Notes: a model not told the origin generated them from the sequence alone. A stretch of 64,000 bases of DNA from Mobula hypostoma (GCF_963921235.1 NC_086097.1:108316001-108380000), one strand, 5' to 3'; positions 1 through 12,987 are shown, counted from the stretch's first letter. Translations and numbers: made by a program.

Positions 1-1268
1 AAAGATGTGCTTGGTGGTGGCGGAGGTTAGGGAGAATTATGTACTGGTGCCTCTACACCTCCTCCCTCACTACCAATCAGGGCTCCAAACAGTCCTTCCT
101 GGTAAGGCGACACTTCACCTGTGTCTGTTGGGATCATCTACTTGTAAGGGGTTTCTTCTTTTATGTTACTGCGTAGGCTAATTAAAATGGCTTCTTTGTT
201 ATGTTAACTGCTGGGAAAGTTCTCTCTCTAGTAGCTTGTTTGGGTTATAAAGAGAATTGTATTCATTTGCTAACCAATTGGGATAGATGTTATTCTTTCT
301 TGTGTGTTTGTAAGCTATTGTGTTGCGTGGGCTTTGGGGCAGAAGGCGCGATGGGGACAGAGAGAGGAGACGCGATGCTGTAAGCTGGCCGATGGGACGG
401 ACCCTGAGCGGGAGTCCAAGGCCCAGGGTCTTTGGCGAGGAGAGGAGACGAAGACAGACTTGTGTGGAGTGTCTGGTTGACCACTGTGGTTGGTCCCAGG
501 CGGCGGGTTGAGGTGGTCAGAGGGGATCAAATGGTGGAAAGATCGTTACTTGAGCTGCAACTGTTGCGCACGAAGTTGCTGAACTTTGATAAGTTTGGTG
601 CCTTTTACTTTCCTTTTATATTTTATCTCTATTAATTACATAGTTCCAGTAAGATCTATAAAGTGTAATCATTTAATCGCATATGGTGTATTGTCTGTTA
701 TTTGGCGGGGTGGGGTACATCACACATATCCACACAAACTTGATTACCCAGTTTGGCGGGACCAAAGGCTGCTTCCCCTAGACGAAAGCGAGCTGAGCGA
801 GCCTGAGGCTTACCAGGGGGCTACATACTGTATCTAGTGCTCACAGTGTGGCCTCCTGTATATCGGTGAGATCTGATGTAGATTGGGAGACTGCTTTGCT
901 GAGCACCCCACCCCCTCTCCTCACCATTCCCCATTCCTCATTCCTATTTCCCTCTCTCACCTTATGCCTGTCTGCCAGAAAAAAATGGGATCTTCCGGTA
1001 ACCACCCATTTCAATTCTATTTCCCACTCCCATTCTGACATGTCAATCTATGGCCTCCTTTACTGCCTTGATGAGGCCACACTCAGGTTGGAGGAACAAC
1101 ACCTTATATTCTGTTTGGGTGGCCTCCAACCTGATGGCATGAGCATCGATTTCTCGAACTTCTGGTAATGCCACCTCCCCCTACCCCCCATTCACCATTC
1201 CTGTTTCCCTCTCTCACCTTATCTCCTTCCCTGCCATCACCTCGCTCTGGTGCTGCTCCTCTTTCCCT
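1..1268 (+). mobile_element. Decayed Penelope-like element (GIY-YIG region), split by a solo LTR
   Basis: Homologous to the PLE at 35494-36941; ORF 848-1168 ends DLPVTTHFNS...IYGLLYC.DEATLRLEEQHLIF.LGGLQPDGMSIDFSNF; sequence is continuous across 143-825. Confidence 0.85.
143..825. mobile_element. Solo LTR, probably Gypsy-type
   Basis: TGTAAG...GCTACA termini; 4-bp TSD TACT at 139-142 and 826-829; interrupts the PLE coding sequence. Confidence 0.85.
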
Positions 1269-1269
1269 T

Positions 1270-1520
1270 TCAATAGGTACATTTAATGTCAGAGAAATGT
1301 ATGCAATATACATCCTGAAATTCATTTTCTTCACAAATATCCACGAAAACAGAGGAGTGCCCCAAATAATGAATGACAGTTAAACGTTAGAACCCCAAAG
1401 CCCCCCCCCAGCTCCCCCTCCCACGCACAAGCAGCAAGGCAACGACCCCCCCCCCCCACTCCCACCAGCAAAAAAGCATCAGCGACCCCACCGAGCACTC
1501 AGGAGTGCAGTAAAACATCA
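1270..1520 (-). mobile_element. 3' fragment of a dispersed non-coding retroposon family
   Basis: GGTACATTTAATGTCAGAGAAATG...CATCCTGAAATTC block shared with 43705-44500 and 48800-49632. Confidence 0.75.
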
Positions 1521-1559
1521 AATTCTTCCATGGTCTTCTATCCTCTCCTGTCAGCTTCT

Positions 1560-2505
1560 GTGCAAGTCCAGAGCTTTACTCACTTTATCCCTATGATTGT
1601 GTGGTTACAAATAGCGCCAATGCCATATTTATGTTTGCCGACAATAGCACTGTTGTTGACTGTATCAAAGGTGGTAACGAATATGTATATAGGAGTGAGG
1701 TTGAATGGCGCCACAACAATAATTTGTTACTCAATATCAGCAGAACCAAAGGGCTGATTATTGACTGCAGGGGGAGGAAACTGGGGAGTCCATGAGCCAG
1801 TCTTCATTAGGGGATTGGAGGTGTAGAGGGTTAGTAACTTTAAATTTCTTGTTGTTATCATATCAGACGATTTATCCTGGCACCAGCACATAAGTGCCAT
1901 CACAAAGAAGGCATGACAATGGCTCTACTTTCTTAGAAGTATGTGTAGAATCAGCATATCACCAAAGCTTTGACAGACTTCTATAGATCCAGAGTGGAGA
2001 GTATTCTCACTGATTACATCACAGCCTGGTATGGATGTGCCCAGGAATGGAAAAGTCACAAGCAAAACCCTCTCCACTATTGAGACTGCACAAGAAAGTA
2101 GCATACATCATAAAGGACAGCCACTACCCAGGACATGCTCTCTTCTCACTACTACGTAATATTGGGGAGGAGTTACAGGAGCCTTTGGTCCCTCACCACT
2201 AGGTTCAGGAACAGTTATTACCCTACAACCATCAGCCTCCTGAATCAGTGTGGATAACTTCATCCCAAAACCTGAACAGATCCCATAACCTACAGATTCA
2301 CTTTCAAGGGTTCTACAACACATGTTCTTAGTATTATTTGCATAATTTGTCTTCCTTTTCACATTCTTGTTGGTCTTTGTTTATCTCTGGCTTTTCATAA
2401 ATTCTATTGTATTTCTTTACTTTCCTGTAAATATCTGCAAGAAAATGATTCTCAGGGCAGTTTATTGTGACATATATGTACATGGATAACAAATTTCACT
2501 TTGCC
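1560..2505 (+). mobile_element. Decayed Rex1/Babar-type LINE, RT end and 3' UTR
   Basis: FADNSTVV..I..G.E..YRSEV, LLNISRTKGLIID remnants; T-rich 3' UTR. Confidence 0.75.
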
Positions 2506-2761
2506 TCCTGCTTTGACCTCTGACACAGTTGTCAAATATGATTCCTCTTTCAGTCATCCATCTTCACTGTGTCTGCACCAATCATTCCTCTCAAGGTGCT
2601 ACCTTAACACTTATTTAATACTGTAATAGATTCTGGAAATTTTCAGACTACTGATTTTGACTCAAACAACAGGAATTCTGCAGATGTTGGAAATTCAAGC
2701 AACATACATCAAAGTTGCTGGTGAACGCAGCAGGCCAGGCAGCATCTGTAGGAAGAGGTGC

Positions 2762-2797
2762 AGTCGATGTTTCAGGCCGAGACCCTTCGTCAGGACT
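2762..2797 (-). ncRNA. Minimal type I hammerhead ribozyme motif of PLE (ACGU palindrome mutated to ACAU)
   Basis: Minus strand AGTC-CTGACGA-AGG(GTCTCGG)CCT-GAAA-CA-TC-GACT. Confidence 0.65.
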
Positions 2798-3614
2798 AAC
2801 TGAAGGAAGAGTGAGTAAGGGATTTGAAAGCTGGAGGGGGAGGGGGAGATCCAAAATGATAGGAGAAGACAGGAGGGGGAGGGATGGAGCCGAGAGCTGG
2901 ACAGGTGATTGGCAAAAGGGATACGAGAGGATTATGGGACAGGAGGTCTGGGAAGAAAGACGGGGGGGGTAACCCAGAGGATGGGCAAGAGGTATATTCA
3001 GAGGGACAGAGGGAGAAAAAGGAGAGTGAGAGAAAGAATGTGTGCATAAAAATGAGTAACAGATGGGGTACGAGGGGGAGGTGGGGCATTAGCGGAAGTT
3101 AGAGAAGTCGATGTTCATGCCATCAGGTTGGAGGCTACCCAGACGGAATATAAGGTGTTGTTCCTCCAACCTGAATAGACATCCCATTCTGACATGTCTA
3201 TCCACGGCCTCCTCTACTGTAAAGATGAAGCCACACTCAGGTTGGAGGAACAACACCTTATATTCCGTCTGGGTAGCCTCCAACCTGATGGCATGAACAT
3301 CGACTTCTCTAACTTCCACTAAGGCCCCACCTCCCCCTCGTACCCCCTCTGTTACTCATTTTTATGCACACATTCTTTCTCTCACTCTCCTTTTTCTCCC
3401 TCTATTCCTCTGAATATACCTCTTGCCCATCCTCTGGGTCCCCCCCCCTTGTCTTTCCTCCCGGACCTCCTGTCCCATGATCCTCTCGTATCCCTTTTGC
3501 CAATCACCTGTCCAGCTCTCGGCTCCATTCCTCCCCCTCCTGTCTTCTCCTATCATTTTGGATCTCCCCCTCCCCCTCCAACTTTCAAATCCCTTACTCA
3601 CTCTTCCTTCAGTT

Positions 3615-3650
3615 AGTCCTGACGAAGGGTCTCGGCCTGAAACGTCGACT
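3615..3650 (+). ncRNA. Minimal type I hammerhead ribozyme motif of PLE, intact
   Basis: Stem I AGTC/GACT, core CTGACGA, stem II AGG/CCT, GAAA, CG, TC (predicted cleavage after 3646); stem III reduced to the ACGT palindrome. Confidence 0.8.
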
Positions 3651-3780
3651 GCACCTCTTCCTACAGATGCTGCTTGGCCTGCTGCATTCACCAGCAACTT
3701 TGATGTATGTTTACTGATTTTGACTAACAGGTTTGTAGTGGTTTATATTGAAAGGTCAAGTACATTTATTATCAAAGTGT

Positions 3781-4764
3781 TGTTACGTACCTCGTAACTG
3801 GGTTGCCAAACCAGCAGAAATGGATCACTCAGTTGGAGTCTGGATTACTAGAACTAAGAAAGTTTTATTAAAGAAACAAGCAACTCAGTAATCGAAAGGA
3901 TAATAAATGCAACAGTTCAGCAATGATAAACACACATGTGCACAGAATTAAGATAACAGGATCAATCAAGCTATATCGTTGTCTAGGGGTAAACGACCAA
4001 TTTCAAAGTGACACAAAGTCCAGTTCAATTTAGTTCAGTTCGCAGTAATCGTTGCCATGGCGATGGACAATGTGGGGGGAAGGAGAGAGAGAACAAGAAC
4101 GAATGATCATTCAAAAACGGCTTCCACACACAGACCTGCGATATTGCTCACAAGCAGCTTTCGGGCGAGTCCTTTGTGATGTCACTTGAGGTCACCGACT
4201 GTGACCCCTCCTCCAGATGCGGTCGATCCTCTGCAGTGAACCCGGCACCCAAGCAAGGGCAGACACACACCGGGTCCCCGCTGATCGTACCTTTCCACCC
4301 TGTGCGTTTAAGGCTTGGTTCCGTCACCAGCCTTCCAAAACGACTCCCGCCGACTTGCGGGGGGGGGGGGGCACCGCTTCCAGGGTCTCGTTACCTCGTG
4401 GTGTCGTGTGTGTCCTGCCTTAGCGAACCTGTCCCTTTTTATCCCCCTGCTGGGGTATCGCCTGTCCATCACTTCACACAGTTCAGGGTTCAAAGGGGGA
4501 GCCGCTCTAGACAGCTCTCTCTCCCGTCCCTTCATTACACATCTCCAGATCGCCTGTCCATCACTTCAAACAGTTCAGGGTTCCAAGGGGGAGCCGATCT
4601 TGACAATACCCAGACTGATGGTTCCTTCATTAACATCTCCAAATGCTGCTTCATTGTGTTCCTTATCTCTCCCTCCCCTGAGGACAGGTGGCAGACCAAC
4701 TGCTGATGCCACTGATGCTAGCCCAGGCCAGCAAACATCTTAATTTATGTGAATTCTCGTCACA
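3781..4764 (-). mobile_element. Solo LTR, probably Gypsy-type
   Basis: TGTTACG...CGTCACA termini; 4-bp TSD GTGT at 3777-3780 and 4765-4768; minus-strand AATAAA at 3864-3869; internal ~45-bp direct repeat near 4460 and 4551. Confidence 0.85.
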
Positions 4765-4934
4765 GTGTGTATACTGTATACATACTTGAGACTTGTCTTA
4801 TTGCAGGCAGCCACAAAACAAAGGTGGCGCCATCTTGTCAGATGTCAAAACTGACATATCCATTTTCTCAATAGCCACTTCTTTTTCAAAACTAATGTAA
4901 GTAAATATTTATTGACTTACTTTCAGTAGGCTGT

Positions 4935-5260
4935 AATTATTGCTACTGCTTCACCGCTCCAGTTTTGATCCTATTCTTGCCTTCTTGCAGTGTGGCTTTT
5001 GCATGTTCTCCTGTGACCATCTGGGTTTATTTGGGTGCATTGGTTTCCACCCACGTGCCAAAGATATGTTGGTGGTGTTAATGGATAGTTTCCATTTGTG
5101 TCGGCTAATAACTAAAAAGAGTTAGAGTCATAGGGATGTCTGAGAAGGAATAAGTTGCAGCAGTACAGAGAAAATAGAGTGGAGAAATGGGACTCGTGAG
5201 ATTACTCACCTGGGAGCCAGCATAGACCCAATGGTTTGACTGATGACAATTTGTGTTAAG
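4935..5260 (+). mobile_element. Decayed tRNA-derived V-SINE-like element
   Basis: V-domain-like TTTGCATGTTCTCCTGTG...GGTTTCCACCCACGTGCCAAAGA. Confidence 0.6.
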
Positions 5261-5489
5261 TATGAGTACATTGCTACTTATGGCTGGTTTTGTTTAGTTC
5301 ATTATTCTTTTCAAATTCTTTGTTCTCTGATACTTTTTTGACTTATTTTGTGTCTGCAGTGATGACAAAAGGACTTTACATATTAAGCTATTCCTGTCTT
5401 GTATTTCAGATTTGTTTTTTTTTCCTCTCACCTTCCGATACTTGTGTCATTTGCCTGCTGCAATCATAATGATCCATCAGGCACCCAGC

Positions 5490-5946
5490 AGGGGACAATT
5501 AAAGAAAGCAGGTGTAAGCAGGAGCAGCCATTGTTGGAGTGGACAATGTCAGAGTAGTCCAGCTTTGGCTCAACAGGAATACACAAGAACAGGCAGAGGC
5601 TCTGAGTTTCTAGTAAGTTTTTTTACATAGGTAGTGCAGTGAGAATGGGTCCAAGGTTAGTGTATGTTCTTTGTGTAAGATGTGGGAACTCTGGGAGACC
5701 TCCAGTCTCCCTGACAATTACATCTGCACAAAGTGCATTGATCTGCAGCTCGTTAGAGACCATGTTAAGGAACTGGAGCTGCAGCTTAATGATCTTTGAC
5801 TCAAATGAAAGAATGAGGAGGTGATAGATAGGATCTATAAGGAGGTTGTCACCCCTAAGTTGGAGGAGGCAGGTACATGGGTGACTGTGAGGAGAGGGAA
5901 AGGGAAATGGCAGCCAATGCAGGGTACCCCTTTGGCTGTTCCCCTC

Positions 5947-5981
<35 letters not shown>

Positions 5982-6818
5982 GCATACTGCTTTGGATACT
6001 GTTATCGGGGGAAGAAGCAACGACCAGGTTTCTGGCACTGAGTCCGGCTCTGTGGCTCAGAATGGAAGGGGGAGAAGAGGAGTGCAGTAGTGATGGGGGA
6101 ATTCCATAGTTAGAGGGCCAGACAGGAGATGCTGTGGACATGCAAGAATCACCTGGATGGTATGTTACCTCACTGGTGCCAGGGTCAGGGATGTCTCTGA
6201 TCAGGTACACAGCATTCAAAAGGGAGAGGGTGAGCAGCCAGAAGTTGTGGTACATATTGGTACCAATGAAAAAAGGAGAGGGCCTGAAGAGGGAATCTAG
6301 GGAGATGGGTAGAAAAGCAGGACCTCCAGGGTAGTAATATCTGAATTGCTGCCTGTTCCATGCACCAGTTAGGGTAAGAATAGGATGATTTGGCAGATGA
6401 ATGTGTGTCTGAGAATTGGTGCAGAGAGAAGGGTTTCAGATTTCTGGACATTGGTATCTCTTCTGGAAGGTATGTCCTGTACAGAAATGCTGGGTTACAC
6501 CTGAACCAGAGGGAACCAGTAACTTTGCGGCAGGTTTGCTAGAGCTGGTGGGAAGGGTTGAAGCTAATTTGGTGGGAGGATAGCAACCTCAGTGATAGTG
6601 CTGAGGATGGGGCAGTTGGTATACAAGTAGGTGCAGTGTGTAGTAAGATAGTGAAGAAGGGTGGGCAGATGATAGGGCAAAATTACAGTCAGTGGGATGA
6701 ATTGAAATGTAATATGGGGCAAAGTTGAAAAGGGTGATGAATACAGGACTAAAGGTGTTATATTTGAATGCACATGGTATACGGAAGAAGGTAGATGATC
6801 TTATAGCTCATTTGGAGA
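5490..6818 (+). mobile_element. Decayed CR1 5' part (ORF1 Zn-finger/esterase and start of ORF2)
   Basis: ORF1 remnants with GNSIVRG and PGARVRDVSDQV; ORF2 start GLKVLYLNAHGIRKKVDDL. Confidence 0.85.
5947..5981. repeat. (AAT)11 microsatellite inside CR1 ORF1
   Basis: Perfect AAT run. Confidence 0.95.
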
Positions 6819-6819
6819 T

Positions 6820-7893
6820 TCATACAAGAGTTTCTGCAGATGCTGGAAATCCAGAGCAATGCACACAAACTGCTAGAGGAACTCAGCAGGTCAGGCAGTT
6901 TCTGTGGAAATGAATAAACAGTCCATGTTCAGACTGAGACTCACCTTCAGGACTAGAAAGGAAGTGGGAAGATGCCAGAATAGAAATGTGGGGGGAGGGG
7001 AAGAAGGACTAGCTAGAAGGTGATAGGAGAAGCTGGGTGGTGGGAAAGGTGCAGGGCTCGAAGGAAGGAATCTGATAGGAGAGGAGAGTGGGCCATGGGG
7101 AGGGGGGCACTAGGATCAATATGATAGGCAGGTGAGGAGAAAAGGTAAGAAGTCAGAGTGGGAAATAAAAGAAGAGGGAAGGGGAAGGGAAAAATGACTG
7201 AAATCGATGTTCATGCCATCAGGTTGGAGGCTGCCCAGATGGCATATGAGTTGAAACTTCACCCTGCAAGTGGCCTGATCATGGACTGACTTGTCAGAAC
7301 GGGAATGGGGAGATTAACTAATATTGTTGGCCACCAGGAAATTCCGTTTTTGGCGGATGGAGTGTTGGTGCTCGACGAAGTAGCCCCTCAGTTTACAACG
7401 GGTCTCACCATTGTCGAGGAGGCCGTATGGGGAGCATCAGACACAACAGACGCGCACATAAAGTGTGGCTTCTCCTGGAAGAACTGTTTGGGGCCCAGAA
7501 TGGAGTTATGGGAGGAGGTAAATGGGCAGATGCAACATTTCTGGCACTAGTAGGGATATGTGCCAAGAGAGAGATTAGTGAGGAAGGACAAATGGACAAG
7601 GTCCAAGCGGAAAGTGGAGGTGGGGGAGGTAAAGATGTGTCTGGTGGTGGAATCTCATTGAAGATGGCAGAAGTTGTAGAGAACGAGTACTGAATGCGGA
7701 GGCTCATAGGTTGGTAGGTGAGGACAAGAGGAAATCTATCCCTGTTAAGTGGCTGGAAGATGGGGTGAGTTCAGATGTCCAAGAAAAGGAGGAGATGCAG
7801 TTGAGGGCAGCATCAACGTGGAGGAAGGGAAACCACGTTCTCTGAAGAAGGAGGGCATCTCTGATGTCGTACAAAGGAAAGTGTCATCCTGGG
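6820..7893 (-). mobile_element. Older, decayed PLE
   Basis: TSEMPSFFRERGFPSST remnant; 3' UTR similar to the young PLE copies; degenerate hammerhead near 6920-6955. Confidence 0.8.
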
Positions 7894-8125
7894 AACAGAG
7901 GGCAGTGAATCTGTGGAATTTATTGCCACAGACAGTTGTGAAGGCCAAGTCATTGCATATGTTTACAGTGCAGGTTGAAGGGTTCTTCATTATTTAGGGT
8001 ATCAAAGGTTACGGGGAGGAGGCAAGTGAATGGGTTTGAGATTGAATGGGTTAATATTCAGCCATGATGGAATGGTGGAGCAGACTTGATTGGCTGAATG
8101 ACCTAATTCTATTCCTATGTCTTAC
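7894..8125 (+). mobile_element. CR1 3' end fragment
   Basis: QRAVNLWNLLPQTVV motif followed by CR1 3' UTR. Confidence 0.8.
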
Positions 8126-10313
8126 ACTTTTATTCAAACTTTTCCCATCTCCACCCTATCCATTTTGTTTTCTCCACTTCTGTCCCTCTTTACATGCATA
8201 GTAATCATTTTATCTCCATCTTTTGTCAGTTGTAAGGTCATTAACTGACACATTAACTTGTCTTTATCATAGATGTTACTTGACCTTTTGATTATTTCTT
8301 GTATTTTCTACATATATCTGCAGCCTTTCCTTTACAGAGATATCCTACAACTTTCCCTGTTTAAACTGTACCAAAATCCTTTTCTACCGTTATTTTGTTT
8401 GGATCTCTAACTGCAGCACCGTTCACCTCAAACACTTACAGGAACGACATGGGCAAGCCATATCTGCTATCCACCTCTGCTGGCGTTGTGGCACAAAATA
8501 TTCAGCAACAATTAAAGAGATATTTGTGAAGAAAGTGGTGAAAATGTGGAACTTGCTACCACATGGAATAGTTGAGATGAATAGCATAGATGCACTTAAG
8601 ATAAAACTGGCTAAATGTACGAGGAAGAAACGAATATTTTGAGAAGTTGAAATGCAATTTAGGAGGCTCATTTGATGTCAAGACTAGCAAAGGCATCACC
8701 AGCCTTCTATGTGGTAAATATAATACAATAAACAATAAGGATATGAAACTGCTCATGAATAAACAGCCTTAAAGATGACTTCAACACTTAAAAAGTGCCC
8801 ACAATTATGACAACTATCTGATGTCAAACAACTTTGATACTTCACTGAATTTTACCCTGGTCACTCCACCATTATGAAATTCAAACATCAACCATCAGGC
8901 TCCTGAACCAGTGTGGATAACTTCACTCACCTCAGCACTGAACACATTTCACAATCTATGGACTCACTCACTTTCAAGGGCTCTACAACTCATGTTCTCA
9001 GTATTATTTATTTATTTAATTATTTCTCTTTTTAAAAAAAAATTACTTATTAGTTTTTAAAAATTTGCATAGTTTGTCTTTTTTTTGCACATTGTCTGTC
9101 AGTCTTTGTGTGTAGTTTTTCATTGATTCTGTTGTATTGTTCTGTAATGCCCGGAAGAAAATGAATCTCAGGTTAGTATATGGTGACATATACAAACTTT
9201 GATAATAAATTTACTTTGAACATTGAAATTATAATCCAGTTTATCTTTTATACACATTTTAGGTTTAATTTACAGTGTGCAAAGAAAGTAACAAATTAAA
9301 GCAAAATTGCAAAACAAAGGTCTGATCGTCACCATATAATCTGGCAGACCCCTCCGATCTAATAGCTCTTCAATTTATAACTGAGCAGAGCTCCAGTCAC
9401 GTGTGGACAGGAATCGGCCTTCTGCACAGGTACATGATGGTTCTACAATAATTGTATAGTGATGTTGAGGGTCCATTCGGGAAAAGCGCTGATCTTCACA
9501 TCTCCCTGTACACAATGAGGAAATCAGACTGCTGAAGTTGTACCAGCATTCACAAGCCCATTGGTTTCAAAGGGAACCGATGGCTTCAAGAATAGTTAAA
9601 TCTGTAAATTTATTTTAATTTAATTTAATTCACTTCATTAATGTAGTTAAATGCCTTTAATTGTGTATATCTTTGTAATGTTTTTGAGAACATTAAAATT
9701 AAAACTTTAAAAAATGCTTGAGTATTTTAGGATATGCCTTTGGCATTCACAAACACTAAATTTAAATGACAGTTTTGACAGCTGATAAATCTAGGGACAG
9801 AGCCTCACCAGTTGTCCATGCTATTTTGGGGCCAGAGCCTGCCACTTGTGCTTTGTACTAAGTTGAAGACTATCTGTTCTGCTGGGGACTAGTTTCCCAA
9901 TGCTACTCTGCATCTGGGATTCTGTTGTGAGAACGACTGCTCCAAGGGCAGGAGTCTGGTGAGTTTGGGATCACCCTTCCAAAATATTTTCATTCATTAT
10001 TATTGGCGTACAAAGTTTGCTGCAGGAGTTACAGATTTTATTTCAATCTATATTTATTTGCCATTCCTATTTCCTCAATTATTTACTTGTAACCTTGGGC
10101 CTAATTTTAACTATGCGGCATGTCCCTGTCCTGCTTAATGTAAATTAGCACAGGGACTGGTATCGCTGTATCTAGCCAAGAAGACCATCCATCTCCAGCT
10201 CCATGAAAGAGATGGTACAACCCATGGGACAACTATTCTATTCTCTTCCCTTTCTCTCCCTTTTGGAAAGAACCACACACGATGACTGTTACTGCTTTTG
10301 AGACTGCTGTATA

Positions 10314-11125
10314 CACTCAGTGGCCACTTTTTTAGGTACTCCTGTTCGTTAATGCAAATGCCTAATCAGCCAATCTTGTGGCAGCAACTCAATACATAAA
10401 AGCATGCAGACATGGTCAAGAGGTTCAGTTGCTGTTCAGACCAAACGTCAGAATGGGAAAGAAATGTGACCTAAGTAACTTTGACCGTGGAATGATCATT
10501 GGTGCCGATGGGATGGTTTTCAGAATCTCAGAAACTGCTGATCTCTTGGGATTTTCACAAATGGCAGTCTCTAGAGTTTACAGAGAATGGTACAAAAAAC
10601 AAAACAAATTCAGTGAGAGGCAGTTCTGTGGATGAACATGCCTTGTACTAGAGTTTACAGAGAATGGTACAAAAAACAAAACAAATTCAGTGAGTGGCAG
10701 TTCTGTGGATGAAAATGCCTTGTAAATGTTTATGATAATACCCCCACCTTCCTGCTCTGATTTCGCATCTTTTCTCTCAGCCCTGAGGAAGGGTCTCAGC
10801 CTGAAACATCGACAGTATACTCGTTTCCATAGATGCTTCCTGCCCTGCTGAGTTCCTCCAGCATGTGTTGCTTGGAGTTCCAGGATCTTTTAATTTTCTA
10901 GTGTGTGTTAATGAGAGAGGTCAGAGGGGAATGGCCAGACTGGTTCCAGCTGACAGTAACTCAAATAACCACCCGTTACAACAGTGCTGTGCAGAAGAGC
11001 ATCTCTGAATGCACAGCACGCTAAACCTGGAAGTGGACTGGCTACAGCAGCAAAAGACCATGGACATACACTCAGTGGCCACTTTATTAGGTACAGGAGG
11101 TACCAAATACAGTGGCCACTGAGTG
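10314..11125 (+). mobile_element. Non-autonomous Tc1/mariner element
   Basis: TIRs CACTCAGTGGCCACT/AGTGGCCACTGAGTG flanked by TA; transposase HTH remnant MGKKCDLSNFDRGMIIGA...ISETADLLGFS..AVSRVYREW; 77-bp tandem duplication 10571-10724. Confidence 0.88.
10735..10905 (+). mobile_element. PLE 3' fragment nested in the Tc1 element, with degenerate hammerhead (~10779-10815)
   Basis: CCTGAGGAAGGGTCTCAGCCTGAAACATCGAC and downstream PLE tail. Confidence 0.75.
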
Positions 11126-11495
11126 TATTTTGGACATGGAGTGTAACATTTAATTTGTAGGATTGCTTCTCTAATAGGGGTGTATTGATTAGGGCTCTGG
11201 AACTACCCATTTTTATGGTGGTTTTCTTTAAAAAGTTGAGCTGCAGATTGGACTGTGTGGATTAGTTCTGCACCAAACACAATACTTAATAAATCGCTGA
11301 ATAATGATACAGATTTGAACAGCAAAGCAGGTTTGTTCCAAATAATATGCTTTTAGCTTCAGCCATTGTGACAGGTGTTGCAGATATAGGGGTTAGCCCA
11401 GGCCTAACCATCTTTAGTTGCTTCTTCACTGAAACTTACCTTACACAAATTCTTAACTAGAATTCATAACTGGGTGCTGAGTATCATAAGATTAC

Positions 11496-12987
11496 TCGTT
11501 AGATTCTGGACTAGTTCCTGAGGATTGGAGGGTGGCTAATGTAACCCCACTTTTTAAAAAAGGAGGGAGAGAGAAACCGGGGAATTATAGGCCGGTTAGC
11601 CTAACGTCGGTGGTGGGGAAACTGCTGGAGTCAGTTATCAAGGATGTGATAACAGCACATTTGGAAAGCGGTGAAATGATCGGACAAAGTCAGCATGGAT
11701 TTGTGAAAGGAAAATCATGTCTGACGAATCTCATAGAATTTTTTGAGGATGTAACTAGTAGAGTGGATAGGGGAGAACCAGTGGATGTGGTATATTTGGA
11801 TTTTCAAAAGGCTTTTGACAAGGTCCCACATAGGAGATTAGTGTGCAAACTTAAAGCACACGGTATTGGGGGTAAGGTATTGGTGTGGGTGGAGAATTGG
11901 TTAGCAGACAGGAAGCAAAGAGTGGGAATAAACGGGACCTTTTCAGAATGGCAGGCGGTGACTAGTGGGGTACCGCAAGGCTCAGTGCTGGGACCCCAGT
12001 TGTTTACAATATATATTAATGACTTGGAAGAGGGAATTAAATGCAGCATCTCCAAGTTTGCGGATGACACGAAGCTGGGTGGCAGTGTTAGCAGTGAGGA
12101 GGATGCTAAGAGGATGCAGGGTGACTTGGATAGGTTGGGTGAGTGGGCAAACTCATGGCAGATGCAATTTAATGTGGATAAATGTGAAGTTATCCACTTT
12201 GGTGGCAAAAATAGGAAAACAGATTATTATCTGAATGGTGGCCGATTAGGAAAAGGGGAGGTGCAACGAGACCTGGGTGTCATTATACACCAGTCATTGA
12301 AAGTGGGCATGCAGGTACAGCAGGCGGTGAAAAAGGCGAACGGTATGCTGGCATTTATAGCGAGAGGATTCGAGTACAGGAGCAGGGAGGTACTACTGCA
12401 GTTGTACAAGGCCTTGGTGAGACCACACCTGGAGTATTGTGTGCAGTTTTGGTCCCCTAATCTGAGGAAAGACATCTTTGCCATAGAGGGAGTACAAAGA
12501 AGGTTCACCAGATTGATTCCTGGGATGGCAGGTCTTTCATATGAAGAAAGACTGGATGAACTGGGCTTGTACTCGTTGGAATTTAGAAGATTGAGGGGGG
12601 ATCTGATTGAAACGTATAAGATCCTAAAGGGATTGGACAGGCTAGATGCAGGAAGATTGTTCCCGATGTTGGGGAGGTCTAGAACGAGGGGTCACAGTTT
12701 GAGGATAGAGGGGAAGCCTTTTAGGACCGAGGTTAGGAAAAACTTCTTCACACAGAGAGTGGTGAATCTGTGGAATTCTCTGCCACAGCAAACTGTTGAG
12801 GCCAGTTCATTAGCTATGTTTAAAAGGAAGTTAGATATGGCCCTTGTGGCTACAGGGGTCAGGGGGTATGGAGGGAAGGCTGGGTTCTGAGTTGGATGAT
12901 CAGCCATGATCATAATAAATGGCGGTGCAGGCTCGAAGGGCCGAATGGCCTACTCCTGCACCTATTTTCTATGTTTCTATGTTTCTA
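11496..12987 (+). mobile_element. Young 5'-truncated CR1 LINE with uninterrupted RT frame (11532-12890)
   Basis: [38 protein letters not shown]; no stops over 452 aa; (TTTCTATG)n tail. Confidence 0.97.

Larger units (their letters stand above)
2663..3711. mobile_element. Fold-back PLE insertion (two inverted 3' ends)
   Basis: Arms ~2700-3174 and ~3236-3711 are near-perfect reverse complements; 14-bp TSD TACTGATTTTGACT at 2649-2662 and 3712-3725. Confidence 0.92.

Noticed and set aside
5623..6255. 210-aa ORF with a poly-Ile tract
   Set aside because: Antisense frame of CR1 ORF1 across the AAT microsatellite.
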